This document shows positions 1 to 9,797 of a DNA stretch of 64,000 nucleotides, piece after piece; within the stretch, counting starts at the first letter, position 1; every line of letters starts with the position of its first letter. The notes under the pieces are model-generated. The model saw nothing but the letters and a program-made list of their open reading frames with translations, made no database searches and had not been told where the DNA came from. Position numbers and translations under genes: made by a program. The stretch is taken from the IMG/VR virus record IMGVR_UViG_3300031553_000354, positions 8,787 to 72,786 of that record. One strand, 5' to 3'. Source of the DNA: a virus.

Positions 1-183
1 GCATCTAAATTAATGATAAATGGAATTTTAGTGTTCCATGATGCTGGATTTGATGGACCAGCAAAAGTCATAAAATTAGTAGAAAATTCAAACACATTTG
101 GTGATAAAAAAGTTGGTTCAAATCATCCAATATCTGGATATACTGCATATTTTATAAAAATAAATAAGGAATCGAACAAATGA
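1..183 (+). CDS. Partial (5'-truncated) class I SAM-dependent methyltransferase, Methyltransf_24-like
   Basis: Frame 1 reads ...ASKLMINGILVFHDAGFDGPAKVI... to TGA at 181-183; GILVFHD resembles GWIYLHD of the MTase at 1122. Confidence 0.6.
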   Translation, partial: ASKLMINGILVFHDAGFDGPAKVIKLVENSNTFGDKKVGSNHPISGYTAYFIKINKESNK

Positions 184-1107
184 AAATTTCTATAATCACT
201 GTAATAGCCAATAGATTGAAGTATCTAAAGCCATTAATGTGGAATCTATTTAATTATCAAGATTTAGATAAATCTGAATTTGAACATATTATCGTTGATG
301 ATGGAGGCGTTGAAAATATTACATCATGGCTAATGGATAATTATCTTGGAAAAAACGTTCGATATATCAAAACCAATCGAAAAAAACGCCGAGGTATGCC
401 AAATGTTTCAGCCGGACGATCAATTCCAACCAACTTAGGTGTTAAATTTGCGAAAGGCGACATCATACTGATTTGCGATGCAGAAATGTATATGCTCGAA
501 TTTAATCATCTATCTACATTTTGTAGTAAAATTGGTCCAAAACAAATAATGGCGGCAATACCTATTTCGACCAGAAATGAATCAGATTTAATTTTTTATT
601 TAGCTAATTATAAAAATCCGGACGCATTTGAAAAATATTTGAAAGAAAATTATACTAATAATGGACTATGGAGTTTTCCAGTAGATGCGCCTTTGACTGT
701 TCCCGCTAAAATTAATCCTTATGGTCAAATTTATGCAAAGATTAATGGACAAATTCATTTTTTATATCGGGGTTCAGGATATTGGGCACAGCGCCGGGAA
801 GATTATATCAATATTGGCGGATTTGATGAAAAAGCGTGGGGAATGGCTGGAGATGATTATGAATTATCTTATCGTTTTGACGCTGATGGATTTTCATATT
901 CCTTCCCCATTGCACTTTGTACATAATTTTCATGGGAAAGGATTTGAAAGGCATTCTTGTGAAATTAATAAAGACTTACTTGAAGAAAGTAAAAAAATCA
1001 AATTAGATCTTTTTGAAAAAATTAATAACAAAACACTACCAATACATTTAAAATTTGATCCGCAATTTTATAATGGTGATATTTATATTGATTTATCGAA
1101 ACCATGA
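180..1107 (+). pseudogene. GT2 family glycosyltransferase interrupted by a +1 frameshift near 905-908
   Basis: MKISII, IIVDDG, ILICDAE, GGFDE...GDDYELSYR motifs; the C-terminal VHNFH segment continues in the +1 frame; removing one C from CCCC (905-908) fuses ORFs 180-926 and 721-1107. Confidence 0.75.
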
Positions 1108-1121
1108 ATGGAGAAAAATAA

Positions 1122-1721
1122 ATGAATATAGAGGAAACGAAAAAACTTAGATTACAATTTGGCAGTCAAGTTTCCGAAGCAGAATGCATTGAATTATATG
1201 ATAAAGTATTAAACACACCCGCTGGCGCAGTAGTTGAAGTTGGATCTGCCACAGGTGGCTCTATTATTTTTCTTATAGCTGCTGCTCAAGAAGTCGGAAA
1301 AATGGTATATTCAATTGATCCATATCCAGAAGATCTCGAAGATAAAGCTTATGGATATGGCCATGGCATGATGAAATCATGGAAGAATGCATTCAAAAAA
1401 AATATTTTGAATGGAAAATATGATAATATTGTTCAATACAATGAAGATGTGGCAGATTGCATTGATAAAATACCAGATGGTTTATCATTTGTATTCATTG
1501 ATGGTTGTCATGAATACGAATTTGTGAAAAATGATTTTGAACTATTAGTTCCAAAACTCATATCTGGTGGTTGGATTTATTTGCACGATGCTGGCTGGGA
1601 AGCTGGATCAATTTCAAGGGATCCCGAAAAAGGAGTAAATAAGATAGCCAAAAGAATTTGTCCTCCCAAATTCCAAGATTGTAAACCATGTGGTGTGATG
1701 TATGGCGGCAGAAAAACATAA
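1122..1721 (+). CDS. Class I SAM-dependent methyltransferase (Methyltransf_24-like)
   Basis: VVEVGSATGGS, YSIDPY, FVFIDGCHEYE, GGWIYLHD motifs; GGAG SD upstream. Confidence 0.85.
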   Translation: MNIEETKKLRLQFGSQVSEAECIELYDKVLNTPAGAVVEVGSATGGSIIFLIAAAQEVGKMVYSIDPYPEDLEDKAYGYGHGMMKSWKNAFKKNILNGKYDNIVQYNEDVADCIDKIPDGLSFVFIDGCHEYEFVKNDFELLVPKLISGGWIYLHDAGWEAGSISRDPEKGVNKIAKRICPPKFQDCKPCGVMYGGRKT

Positions 1722-1780
1722 AGAGCTGATAGGAAATTAATATGGCTTGGAGCAGAAAATATAATAAATTGGAGGAATAA

Positions 1781-2833
1781 ATGCGCATAAGTGTTTGTCT
1801 TTCGACTAGAAGATATGGCGGATTGCTTCGACAACTTGAATTTTTTAGGCATCAAACATTTCCATTGGATGAATTTGAAATCGTTATAGTTGATGGTTTA
1901 TATTGGAAACGTGAACAAGAAATAAGATCAAAAGCCGCTGAATGGGGACTTAACCTGAAATATTCTGCGCCTAGAAAACTCGACAGAAAAGTCTCAATTG
2001 ATCATCCATCAATGAGAAATGATGCTCTTGTTCTTGCCGGGGGGGAATTAATAGTATTTTTTGATGATTATCAAATACCGAGTCCACAATTGTTATCTGA
2101 ACATTGGAAAATTTATAAAAAGGGTTATTGTTGCCAAGGTAGACAATTCTATTTTGATATAGTAGATTTTGATAATCTACCGGCCGGGGCAAATTTATCT
2201 TTGAAAAAATCAAATAACGTTGATTTAGGATCTATTGAGCAAGAAGTATCATCAACAACGTTTTATACACACAATTGTTCTGCTCCATTGAATGAATTAA
2301 TCAAGATCAATGGTTTTGATGAAAGATATAATAGCGGCACTGGCGGAGAAGACTATGACTGTGGGATGCGACTTGGATTGATTGGAAATAGGATGATGTA
2401 TAATCCAAATGCATTGTGTTATCATATGGAGCACCATTCAATTAAAATATATCCAGCTGTCCCCGATATTTGTGGGTTCATACATGGGGCACAAACAAAA
2501 GAGAACTTTTTGAAATTATATCCGACTATGACCGAGGAAGATATTCAATGGATTGAGTGGAATAATATAAAAAAATATGCGCAAAATGGAGATAATCATA
2601 ATAGGAATTTAATTTATAACCATCCAAATTTTACTGGTAAATTTTCCACTGACACACTGGATACTTGGGATGAAAATGGATTGATATTTTGCAAATGCAA
2701 AATTTGCGGATGGGAAGGTATAATTGATAGCATACCCCTATTCCATTGGAATTCTGAAAATAAGAACAATGAAGCGCCCAAAGAATATTTTGATTTGGAT
2801 TTTGAAAGGCAAAAAATTGCGAAAAAAAATTAA
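1781..2833 (+). CDS. GT2 family glycosyltransferase
   Basis: EIVIVDG, RN..L..A.GELIVFFDD, INGFDERY..GTGGEDYD, LCYH motifs; GGAGG SD. Confidence 0.85.
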   Translation: MRISVCLSTRRYGGLLRQLEFFRHQTFPLDEFEIVIVDGLYWKREQEIRSKAAEWGLNLKYSAPRKLDRKVSIDHPSMRNDALVLAGGELIVFFDDYQIPSPQLLSEHWKIYKKGYCCQGRQFYFDIVDFDNLPAGANLSLKKSNNVDLGSIEQEVSSTTFYTHNCSAPLNELIKINGFDERYNSGTGGEDYDCGMRLGLIGNRMMYNPNALCYHMEHHSIKIYPAVPDICGFIHGAQTKENFLKLYPTMTEEDIQWIEWNNIKKYAQNGDNHNRNLIYNHPNFTGKFSTDTLDTWDENGLIFCKCKICGWEGIIDSIPLFHWNSENKNNEAPKEYFDLDFERQKIAKKN

Positions 2834-3347
2834 ATTCCTAAAAATAAAGAACTATACAAAATTGAATTTACCAATAGATCTTTGGCAAGAAATCCTGCAT
2901 CCATATGTAGTAAAAACAATTGATATTTTGGTTTATCCAGTTTCGATTATAATTCGTCCATCTTCTAAAAACAACGCATGGTATACTGGCAAACCGGAAA
3001 TTATTATCGAAGTATCCTCATCCATGACCCTTGAAGAATTGAATTGGACATTTATGCATGAATTTAGACATCATATGCAAGAAGATCCATTATTAAATGC
3101 GCAATTGATGAATTCAGATAGAGAATATTTAATCAAAATCCTTCAATCATGTGGGAAGTTAACTCGAAGAAAAGTACTTGAAAAATTTCATGATTTGATG
3201 CCAGAAGAAATAGATGCAAATATGTTTGCTACAGAGATTATGAAATATATTTTTAAACATCGGCGATTCTTACCGTATAGAGGCAAAACACAATATATTG
3301 ATAAAGTATATAGAAGAAAAGATTTGGTTGATTTTCCGGAAGGATAA
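2724..3347 (+). CDS. Zincin-like metallopeptidase (ImmA/IrrE-like); true start uncertain, probably downstream of 2724
   Basis: TFMHEFRHHMQ (HExxH) and downstream PEEIDANMFA (ExxAN) motif. Confidence 0.6.
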   Translation: MIAYPYSIGILKIRTMKRPKNILIWILKGKKLRKKIKFLKIKNYTKLNLPIDLWQEILHPYVVKTIDILVYPVSIIIRPSSKNNAWYTGKPEIIIEVSSSMTLEELNWTFMHEFRHHMQEDPLLNAQLMNSDREYLIKILQSCGKLTRRKVLEKFHDLMPEEIDANMFATEIMKYIFKHRRFLPYRGKTQYIDKVYRRKDLVDFPEG

Positions 3348-3348
3348 A

Positions 3349-3444
3349 ATGATGAATATTGTAATTTTTTGGCTATCGGCACTTATAGGGTGTGTAATTT
3401 TATATTTCTTATTTGGTAATCATAATTTGGATGATAAAAAATGA
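3349..3444 (+). CDS. Small single-pass membrane peptide (31 aa)
   Basis: MMNIVIFWLSALIGCVILYFLFGNHNLDDKK; AAGGA upstream; ATGA overlap with the next gene; absent from the ORF track because of size. Confidence 0.5.
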   Translation: MMNIVIFWLSALIGCVILYFLFGNHNLDDKK

Positions 3445-3911
3445 AAGAAAGTATCTTTGCGGGCGAAATGAAAAAAAGTTTATTGCACCATTATCCGGAA
3501 GCTTTGTACATTAAAATTCCCGATAGTATAGGTCAAAGATTCGGAACTGAAAAATTTTTTGATGCGCTTTTCTATATCAATGGACGATTCTTTGCCCTCG
3601 AATACAAGCAACACAAATCTCATAGAGCGTTCCCGCTATCAAAGATTCGACCCATACAGGAAGAATATTTGCAAAAAACAAAGAATAATCAGGGAGCCGC
3701 ATATTTCGTTTTTAATATTAGATATAAAGAGGCAAAACGTATTGATATAGCAATTTTCATAGATATAGATCGCTGGAACATATTGAAGCAAGAATTGGGT
3801 TCGAAAAAATCAATTCCCCTGGATATTTTGATGAACGCGGGAATTACAATTTCATATGAGCGCATCGATGGAAAAAAAATATGGCAAGTAAACCAAATCA
3901 TTCAGGAATGA
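3441..3911 (+). CDS. RecU-like Holliday junction resolvase (PD-(D/E)XK)
   Basis: KIPD...FFDALFYINGRFFALEYK and IRPIQEEYL match the RecU/phage resolvase pattern. Confidence 0.7.
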   Translation: MKESIFAGEMKKSLLHHYPEALYIKIPDSIGQRFGTEKFFDALFYINGRFFALEYKQHKSHRAFPLSKIRPIQEEYLQKTKNNQGAAYFVFNIRYKEAKRIDIAIFIDIDRWNILKQELGSKKSIPLDILMNAGITISYERIDGKKIWQVNQIIQE

Positions 3912-3946
3912 CATATGAGAAAACAAGTTGTGAAAAACGGATCTGA

Positions 3947-3957
3947 GATAAATAATA
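3947..3957 (+). promoter_or_regulatory. Candidate phage promoter motif GATAAATAATA (copy 1)
   Basis: Identical 11-mer in four intergenic gaps just upstream of genes. Confidence 0.5.
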
Positions 3958-3960
3958 AAC

Positions 3961-4440
3961 TTGGAAATGGCTCTTTGTCCACTTTGCTTATCAGAAACGT
4001 CAGATATTTTATGTAAGCTATGTAGTGCCAATTATTTATGGGACAAAAAATATAAAATATTCAGAAAAAAATTGAACGTGGTGGGCACAAGATATAAATC
4101 CCAACACTTGCTCTATGAAATTTGTAAATCACTATATGGCACAGTATTCGAAGAAGTTGCGTTCCCGCGATGTTATAGCAAAAAAGGGGCGCTTCTTCGT
4201 TTTGATATCTATATCCCAAAAAAGAAAATTTTGATAGAATACCAGGGTCGGTGTCATAATGTCTATATAAAACATTTTCATAAATCTATGAAACAGTTTA
4301 AAGAAGCCCAACATCGTGATTTGAGAAAAAAGATTTTTTGTTCAAAATTTGGTTATAATTTAATAGAATTTTTTCCTACTGATCGAATATTTGCCCATGA
4401 AGTAAAAATGAAGATAGATAACCCGGAAATGAAAATATGA
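3961..4440 (+). CDS. Zn-finger plus PD-(D/E)XK (Vsr/DUF559-like) endonuclease
   Basis: CPLC...CKLC N-terminus; LRFDIYIPKKKILIEYQG..H, RD..K..FC...GY.LI motifs. Confidence 0.7.
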   Translation: MEMALCPLCLSETSDILCKLCSANYLWDKKYKIFRKKLNVVGTRYKSQHLLYEICKSLYGTVFEEVAFPRCYSKKGALLRFDIYIPKKKILIEYQGRCHNVYIKHFHKSMKQFKEAQHRDLRKKIFCSKFGYNLIEFFPTDRIFAHEVKMKIDNPEMKI

Positions 4441-4892
4441 GCTTTCACAAAGGCCAATTCAAGGATCTGATAGAGCGTACTTTGATTTCTTATGAACCAA
4501 AGCTTTGCGTCGATGCCGCAATTAATCTTCTTTTAGGAACTGCCGCACAGGAAAGCCATTTTGGAACATATCTCCGCCAAATAGGTAGCGGACCAGCACT
4601 AGGCGTATTTCAAATGGAACCATCAACATTTATTTGGCTTAGAGATCATTATGCAAGAAGGCCGCCTTTTAATATGTCGAATCTCGGAGAACGGGTTGCC
4701 GAAGAACTTGAATGGGATCTTCGGTTAGCGACCATTATGGCTCGGCTCCGTTATTGGATTATACCTAAACCATTACCTGATGCAAATGATATTCAGGCTT
4801 TAGCCCAATATTGGAAAAACTATTATAATACTCGTTTTGGTCGAGGCACTATCGAAGAGTTCATTGAAAACTATCGGAAATTCGTAGAATAA
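4437..4892 (+). CDS. Lysozyme-like fold protein, putative endolysin/muramidase
   Basis: LLLGTAAQES (candidate catalytic Glu), GPALGVFQMEP, YWKNYYNT..G.G motifs. Confidence 0.6.
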   Translation: MSFHKGQFKDLIERTLISYEPKLCVDAAINLLLGTAAQESHFGTYLRQIGSGPALGVFQMEPSTFIWLRDHYARRPPFNMSNLGERVAEELEWDLRLATIMARLRYWIIPKPLPDANDIQALAQYWKNYYNTRFGRGTIEEFIENYRKFVE

Positions 4893-4902
4893 AGGAATCA
4901 CC

Positions 4903-6105
4903 ATGAAAGATGAATCCAAACGATTATATAAAGACATAATTAGTGATAAATCCATTGAGCCATTTAATAAGCATTTAAAAATTCCGGTTGATAATCAAAT
5001 AAGTATAGAACTGGAATTTCCTGGATTAAAAAGCATAATGGCTGCATTGGCTATGGAAAAATTGATTCCACATGCATCAAAGATTATAAGGTATGGCGAC
5101 AAAGGAGAGGAACTGAGACCGGTATATAAATCACTCTCCATTGATTATAAAAAAGAAAAAATATTGCCATGGATATTGAGTTTGCATGGAAAATTTGGAG
5201 ACACACCATATGTGGCATCTATTTCTCCTAATTGGAATGGATGTTCCATAATTTTTACATTCAATAAAGATTCAAAATTTCAAGCATTTATTGAAAAGTT
5301 CCGAAAATCTGTTCGAGCAAATAATATTTATAAAGGAAAAGTATTTTCTTCAAACGGAGCATTTATTCCAAGAAAGAATCTCACTCTCGATAATATTTAT
5401 TTGCCTTCGGAAATAAAAACACTGATTAAAAATAATATTTTGAATTTTTTTGATAAAAAGGAAATATTTGAAGCCAATGACATACCATTTCGGCGCGGGA
5501 TTCTTTTGATAGGCGCGCCCGGAACGGGAAAAACATATTTGGGCGGAATATTACATTCTATTATGAAAGATGTTAGTTTTATTTGGACAAAAGCTGCTGA
5601 TCTTGACTATAGAGGTAGTTTTTCATCTTTGGCGGCATTCGCATCTGATGTGAGTCCAAGCATATTATTTTTTGAGGATATAGATTATCTGGAACCTCAA
5701 AACCGCACCATCATGAGTGAATTTTTAAATGTATTGGATGGACAACCACCATTGGAAAATGTTCTTTTCATAACAACGTGCAATTCTGATAAATTGCCTC
5801 CCAATTTGGGCGACCGTCCTGGGAGAATCGATTGCAAAATCAACTTTCCTCTTCCGGAAGAGAGCGTCCGATTAAAATATCTGCGAGATCTTGCAAAAGC
5901 CAAAAATTTGATTCTCGATGATTCTGAATTGCAGGAATTGGCAAAAAATACTGAAGGATTTACTCCTGCTCATCTGAAAAATTTTATAGAATTTGCAATC
6001 TTAATGGCAATTAATGAAGATTCTATCCATGAAGATAAAACCGCGAAAATGACGAATGATATAGCAAAACGGGCGCTCAAAATAATAAAAAGCGGCAGGT
6101 CATGA
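4903..6105 (+). CDS. Classical-clade AAA+ ATPase
   Basis: Walker A GAPGTGKT, Walker B FFEDID, SRH DRPGRID, GFTPAHL. Confidence 0.9.
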   Translation: MKDESKRLYKDIISDKSIEPFNKHLKIPVDNQISIELEFPGLKSIMAALAMEKLIPHASKIIRYGDKGEELRPVYKSLSIDYKKEKILPWILSLHGKFGDTPYVASISPNWNGCSIIFTFNKDSKFQAFIEKFRKSVRANNIYKGKVFSSNGAFIPRKNLTLDNIYLPSEIKTLIKNNILNFFDKKEIFEANDIPFRRGILLIGAPGTGKTYLGGILHSIMKDVSFIWTKAADLDYRGSFSSLAAFASDVSPSILFFEDIDYLEPQNRTIMSEFLNVLDGQPPLENVLFITTCNSDKLPPNLGDRPGRIDCKINFPLPEESVRLKYLRDLAKAKNLILDDSELQELAKNTEGFTPAHLKNFIEFAILMAINEDSIHEDKTAKMTNDIAKRALKIIKSGRS

Positions 6106-6869
6106 TAAAATTTCCAATGGATTCCGCACATTCCGTAAAAATGGGCATATCTTCAATTGTAAAGATGGCAATATCTGGATGTAAGGAACTTGACTTTTTG
6201 AAAGATTACTTTCCGGAAGATTATTTCAACAATTATGTGATACCTAAAGAAAATCAAAAGAAATTGTTGATCCAATTAGAGAATATAACAAATTCCTTAT
6301 ACGGTGGGATCCCTGTAATTTGCGCTGGACCAAAATGCGAAATGAAACATATTTGTCCGTTTGATAAACAGGGAATCGCGCCGGTTGGTTATTCATGTCC
6401 ATTGGAAAGAATTTTTTTGGAAAAAACAATTAGAGAATATATTGAAAGTGAAAGTTTGAATACAAGCAATAAAGATGAAATGGAAAAGGCTAGGGAACTG
6501 GCTGAATGCGATTTATATATTAAATTTCGCACTCCTGCAATATTATCCAAAAAAGCTACTGCATTTCAAGAACTTTCAAAACGATATCATCCAGAAACCG
6601 GACAATTAATTGAAGAGAAAACAGAAGTTTCGAAAGCGCTGGAAGTGCGCATGAAGATGACGAAAAGGCGGGATCAAATCCTGGAAGAATTGGTATCTAC
6701 TCGAAAAGGAAAACTCAAGCATAAGCTTATTAAACCAGGCGATGATCCGGCAAAAGCGGCCGCTCGGTTATTAAAAAAACTGCAAGAATTAAAAATAAAC
6801 GCATCGGATGTAGAATTTGAAGTAATTGATGATGAAGATGATAAAAATAATGAAGTCGAAAAGAAATAA
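6102..6869 (+). CDS. Cys-motif helical protein, possible terminase small subunit
   Basis: C-x4-C-x5-CP...CP cluster followed by long charged helices and an acidic tail; upstream of the packaging genes; function is inference only. Confidence 0.3.
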   Translation: MIKFPMDSAHSVKMGISSIVKMAISGCKELDFLKDYFPEDYFNNYVIPKENQKKLLIQLENITNSLYGGIPVICAGPKCEMKHICPFDKQGIAPVGYSCPLERIFLEKTIREYIESESLNTSNKDEMEKARELAECDLYIKFRTPAILSKKATAFQELSKRYHPETGQLIEEKTEVSKALEVRMKMTKRRDQILEELVSTRKGKLKHKLIKPGDDPAKAAARLLKKLQELKINASDVEFEVIDDEDDKNNEVEKK

Positions 6870-6872
6870 ATT

Positions 6873-7199
6873 ATGAAATTAGCCGGAACATTAAAAGAAA
6901 TTGCTAAAGGAAAGCTACTCCAAACTATTCAAACGATTCATAATTTATCACCCGCGGCGAAACGAAAATTAGCAGTATATGGAGGAATTGCCGCAGGATT
7001 CGGAACAGTGGGTGTAATCAGTAGCTGGAGAATGAATCGTTACCGTGGTCAAATGACCCGGGATCAATATCAAAGATTTTTACAAAGTCAGGGATATGTC
7101 CAACGATTGTATAAAGATAGACGAAAATCCCATCTAATGGGCTCGAATCTCCAACAGGACCAACTTCAACGTTTATTTCAAAGTGGGGGCGCTCGATAA
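6873..7199 (+). CDS. Small basic protein with one hydrophobic Gly-rich segment
   Basis: LAVYGGIAAGFGTVGVISSW segment; Arg/Lys rich; tightly packed operon. Confidence 0.6.
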   Translation: MKLAGTLKEIAKGKLLQTIQTIHNLSPAAKRKLAVYGGIAAGFGTVGVISSWRMNRYRGQMTRDQYQRFLQSQGYVQRLYKDRRKSHLMGSNLQQDQLQRLFQSGGAR

Positions 7200-7792
7200 T
7201 GAGTTTACGCTCATCTGCAATCAAATCCATAGGATCTGTATTAAAATCGGCCAAATCCAAGGTTATTAAACCTTCCGCTCAAATTGTTAGTAAACCGAAT
7301 GAAATGAGATTTGCTCGCTATTTGAAAAATATGGAAGGGAAATTACCATTTAAAATTGAAGGAAATATTATAAGAACCGAAGGTCGAAATATTAAACTTG
7401 TTGAAAAACCAAGAGATTTTGGCGTGTTGGTAAAACGCAATGAAATGTGGCTTCCATCAAATGCTAGTCCGGCAGAACAGTTAATATCAGCCATGCATGA
7501 AATTGGTCACGTCAAAGATCCATATACAAATATTTATCCGAAAACTGCTTTGGGTTATAGATGGAGAGAATTAGCAGCATGGAAATGGACAAGTCAACTA
7601 TTGTTAAAAACGGGATTATTGAGTAATCCTGAGATTAAAACTGCGCTGATTCGCAGAACTAGGATTTCACTCAAAAGTTACGAGGCCGTAACGAAAGGTA
7701 TTCAATTATCGTATAAAGGTAAAGATAATATGCATGGTTTTATTATGCGACAAGCTAAAGCTAGATATAAAAGAATAGGGCAGGAAATTTAA
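7199..7792 (+). CDS. Basic protein with a zincin metallopeptidase motif
   Basis: AMHEIGHV (HExxH) plus downstream RELAAW third-ligand Glu. Confidence 0.6.
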   Translation: MSLRSSAIKSIGSVLKSAKSKVIKPSAQIVSKPNEMRFARYLKNMEGKLPFKIEGNIIRTEGRNIKLVEKPRDFGVLVKRNEMWLPSNASPAEQLISAMHEIGHVKDPYTNIYPKTALGYRWRELAAWKWTSQLLLKTGLLSNPEIKTALIRRTRISLKSYEAVTKGIQLSYKGKDNMHGFIMRQAKARYKRIGQEI

Positions 7793-8250
7793 TGGGTATA
7801 TTTGGACGATCAACAGTATCTGTATTTGGGGCAATGCAAAACCAACTGAGGCGAGGATATAGGAAAATTTTACCAATGCAGTCTGAATTTCCAAAATTGA
7901 TTGAAGAAAGTGTTAGAAAATTAGCAGCTACGAGAAGGATTCATCCATTTACTATGAGAAAAGGCGCGAGACGGACATATGGTCATGAAATTGCAAATTA
8001 TACGAAGCCGCCCACTGAAGATCGACTGGCTCATGCATTTGCTACTCATATAAATTTGATTAAGGGACGACCATTATATCGACGGCCGATGAATAATCCG
8101 GCCGCAATGGGGGGCCCATGGAGATTCAGAATGGAAAAATATATGAAATTTGGTCAGCATCTATTTCCAACGATGGGCACACATGTTCCTTTGAGTTCTG
8201 CTAGTCGTGTGCTACAGGGGAAGAAACCATTTGTAACAAAAACAGGATAA
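7792..8250 (+). CDS. Basic hypothetical protein
   Basis: 152-aa ORF with TAATG coupling; very Arg-rich. Confidence 0.6.
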   Translation: MGIFGRSTVSVFGAMQNQLRRGYRKILPMQSEFPKLIEESVRKLAATRRIHPFTMRKGARRTYGHEIANYTKPPTEDRLAHAFATHINLIKGRPLYRRPMNNPAAMGGPWRFRMEKYMKFGQHLFPTMGTHVPLSSASRVLQGKKPFVTKTG

Positions 8251-8254
8251 GTTT

Positions 8255-9280
8255 ATGAAAAGATTTAAACATAAGACGAAATCGGAAATTATTGAAATAT
8301 GTAAGTTATATACTGGTGGATCATCAGCAAATGCACTATCTAAACAATTTAATGTGGGTGTGCGCAGTATTAATAGAATTTTGCATAATAATGGAATATC
8401 AGCGCATTATCCGAAGAAATCGATTGATGAAATAAAATTGATATGCAGATTATATGAAAATGGCACGAAAACAAAATATTTGGCTAGAAAATTTAATGTA
8501 GTTCAATCAACCATAAGGCAAATTCTATATCGTAGTAATGTTCAAATTCGCCGGGATGATAAAACCCACGCTAAGAAATATGATATTGATGAACATTTTT
8601 TTGATATAATAAATTCACCAGAAAAGGCATATTTTTTGGGGTTACTTTATGCAGATGGATATAATAACGAATCCAAAAATACTGTTGCTGTCCAACTCAA
8701 GGAATCAGATAAGCAGATATTAATTGATCTGAAAAAATTAATCAAAACTAATCGACCGCTATATTATGTTGTTTCAAATACATCATATGGAATAGCAAAA
8801 TGTTGGAAATTAGTTATAACAAATAAACATATAAGCCAAAAATTGAACGAATTAGGATGTGTGCAAGCAAAAACATTTAAATTAACATTTCCTGAATGGC
8901 TTGAAGAAAATTTATATCCTCATTTCATTAGAGGATATTTTGACGGCGATGGGTCGATTGGAATTTACAGAAAAACTCTTCATTTTAGTATTGTTGGTAC
9001 CATTTCATTTTGTAATTTTTTGAAACAATTATTTGCTGGTAACTTCAAAGTAAATTGCTGCATTTCGAAACGACATAAAAATCGAGATAATAATATTAGA
9101 CAATTAGAAATTCAAGGCAATAGGCAAGCAATCAAAATTATGAATTGGCTTTATGATAATGCGACCATAAAATTAGAACGAAAATATCAAAAATATATTT
9201 CGATTTTTGATATGAGTATTGGAAAATATAGAGGAGAAAAATTATGTTCAGCCGCGATCTCAACAGTTGGAAAGCCATAG
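8255..9280 (+). CDS. Free-standing LAGLIDADG homing endonuclease with two N-terminal HTH repeats
   Basis: AYFLGLLYADG and HFIRGYFDGDG motifs; LSKQFNV/LARKFNV HTH repeats. Confidence 0.9.
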   Translation: MKRFKHKTKSEIIEICKLYTGGSSANALSKQFNVGVRSINRILHNNGISAHYPKKSIDEIKLICRLYENGTKTKYLARKFNVVQSTIRQILYRSNVQIRRDDKTHAKKYDIDEHFFDIINSPEKAYFLGLLYADGYNNESKNTVAVQLKESDKQILIDLKKLIKTNRPLYYVVSNTSYGIAKCWKLVITNKHISQKLNELGCVQAKTFKLTFPEWLEENLYPHFIRGYFDGDGSIGIYRKTLHFSIVGTISFCNFLKQLFAGNFKVNCCISKRHKNRDNNIRQLEIQGNRQAIKIMNWLYDNATIKLERKYQKYISIFDMSIGKYRGEKLCSAAISTVGKP

Positions 9281-9588
9281 GCCGCTTCGTAAGTAGATGG
9301 CTTGGACGACCCGCGGCGCAAGTTATGAAAGAAAAATGGCCGCGTCGCATGGTTGGATTGGGTGCATTTGGCGCTTGGGCGGGATACCGAGGAATGCGAG
9401 GAGTAGTTTCTGGTTACGATATGATGGTTCAAAGTCCAGAAGATATGGCGAATCGGGCAAGAAATTATGGACTTTACGGAGACGAACAGTTTTTCAGGCG
9501 ACAAGGGCGTATGCCATCGAACCATCTTGGCCATTCTGGTATAGGTCTTGCTTCTTGGAGATTAAGACACGGACGTCCATCATTATAA
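9244..9588 (+). CDS. Small basic Gly-rich protein
   Basis: 114 aa; AGGAG SD inside the HEG tail; MVGLGAFGAWAGY hydrophobic segment. Confidence 0.6.
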   Translation: MFSRDLNSWKAIGRFVSRWLGRPAAQVMKEKWPRRMVGLGAFGAWAGYRGMRGVVSGYDMMVQSPEDMANRARNYGLYGDEQFFRRQGRMPSNHLGHSGIGLASWRLRHGRPSL

Positions 9589-9629
9589 GGTAATGAATAT
9601 GAATCCACAATCTGATGAAGGATCAGACT

Positions 9630-9788
9630 ATGATAGATGGAATTATAATTGCCGCCGCAATAATTATCTGGGATATTACCCGAGATTGCATAATTGTTCC
9701 TCGCAGAGTGGACAAAAAAGTTGGAACACGTATAGAAAAACTGGAAACGAAAATGGATAAGATATTGAAGAAAATGGAGCTACATTAG
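9630..9788 (+). CDS. Small membrane-anchored coiled-coil protein (52 aa)
   Basis: MIDGIIIAAAIIIWD...RIEKLETKMDKILKKMELH; GAAGGA upstream; fills the intergenic gap. Confidence 0.5.
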   Translation: MIDGIIIAAAIIIWDITRDCIIVPRRVDKKVGTRIEKLETKMDKILKKMELH

Positions 9789-9797
9789 GAGATAATC

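Noticed and set aside
721-1107. Independent 128-aa gene
   Set aside because: Its first ~60 codons shadow the GT2 frame; only the part after ~908 looks like the GT2 C-terminus
8251-9290. Group I intron around the LAGLIDADG gene
   Set aside because: No non-coding flanks to hold a ribozyme core; neighbouring ORFs have their own stop and SD/start
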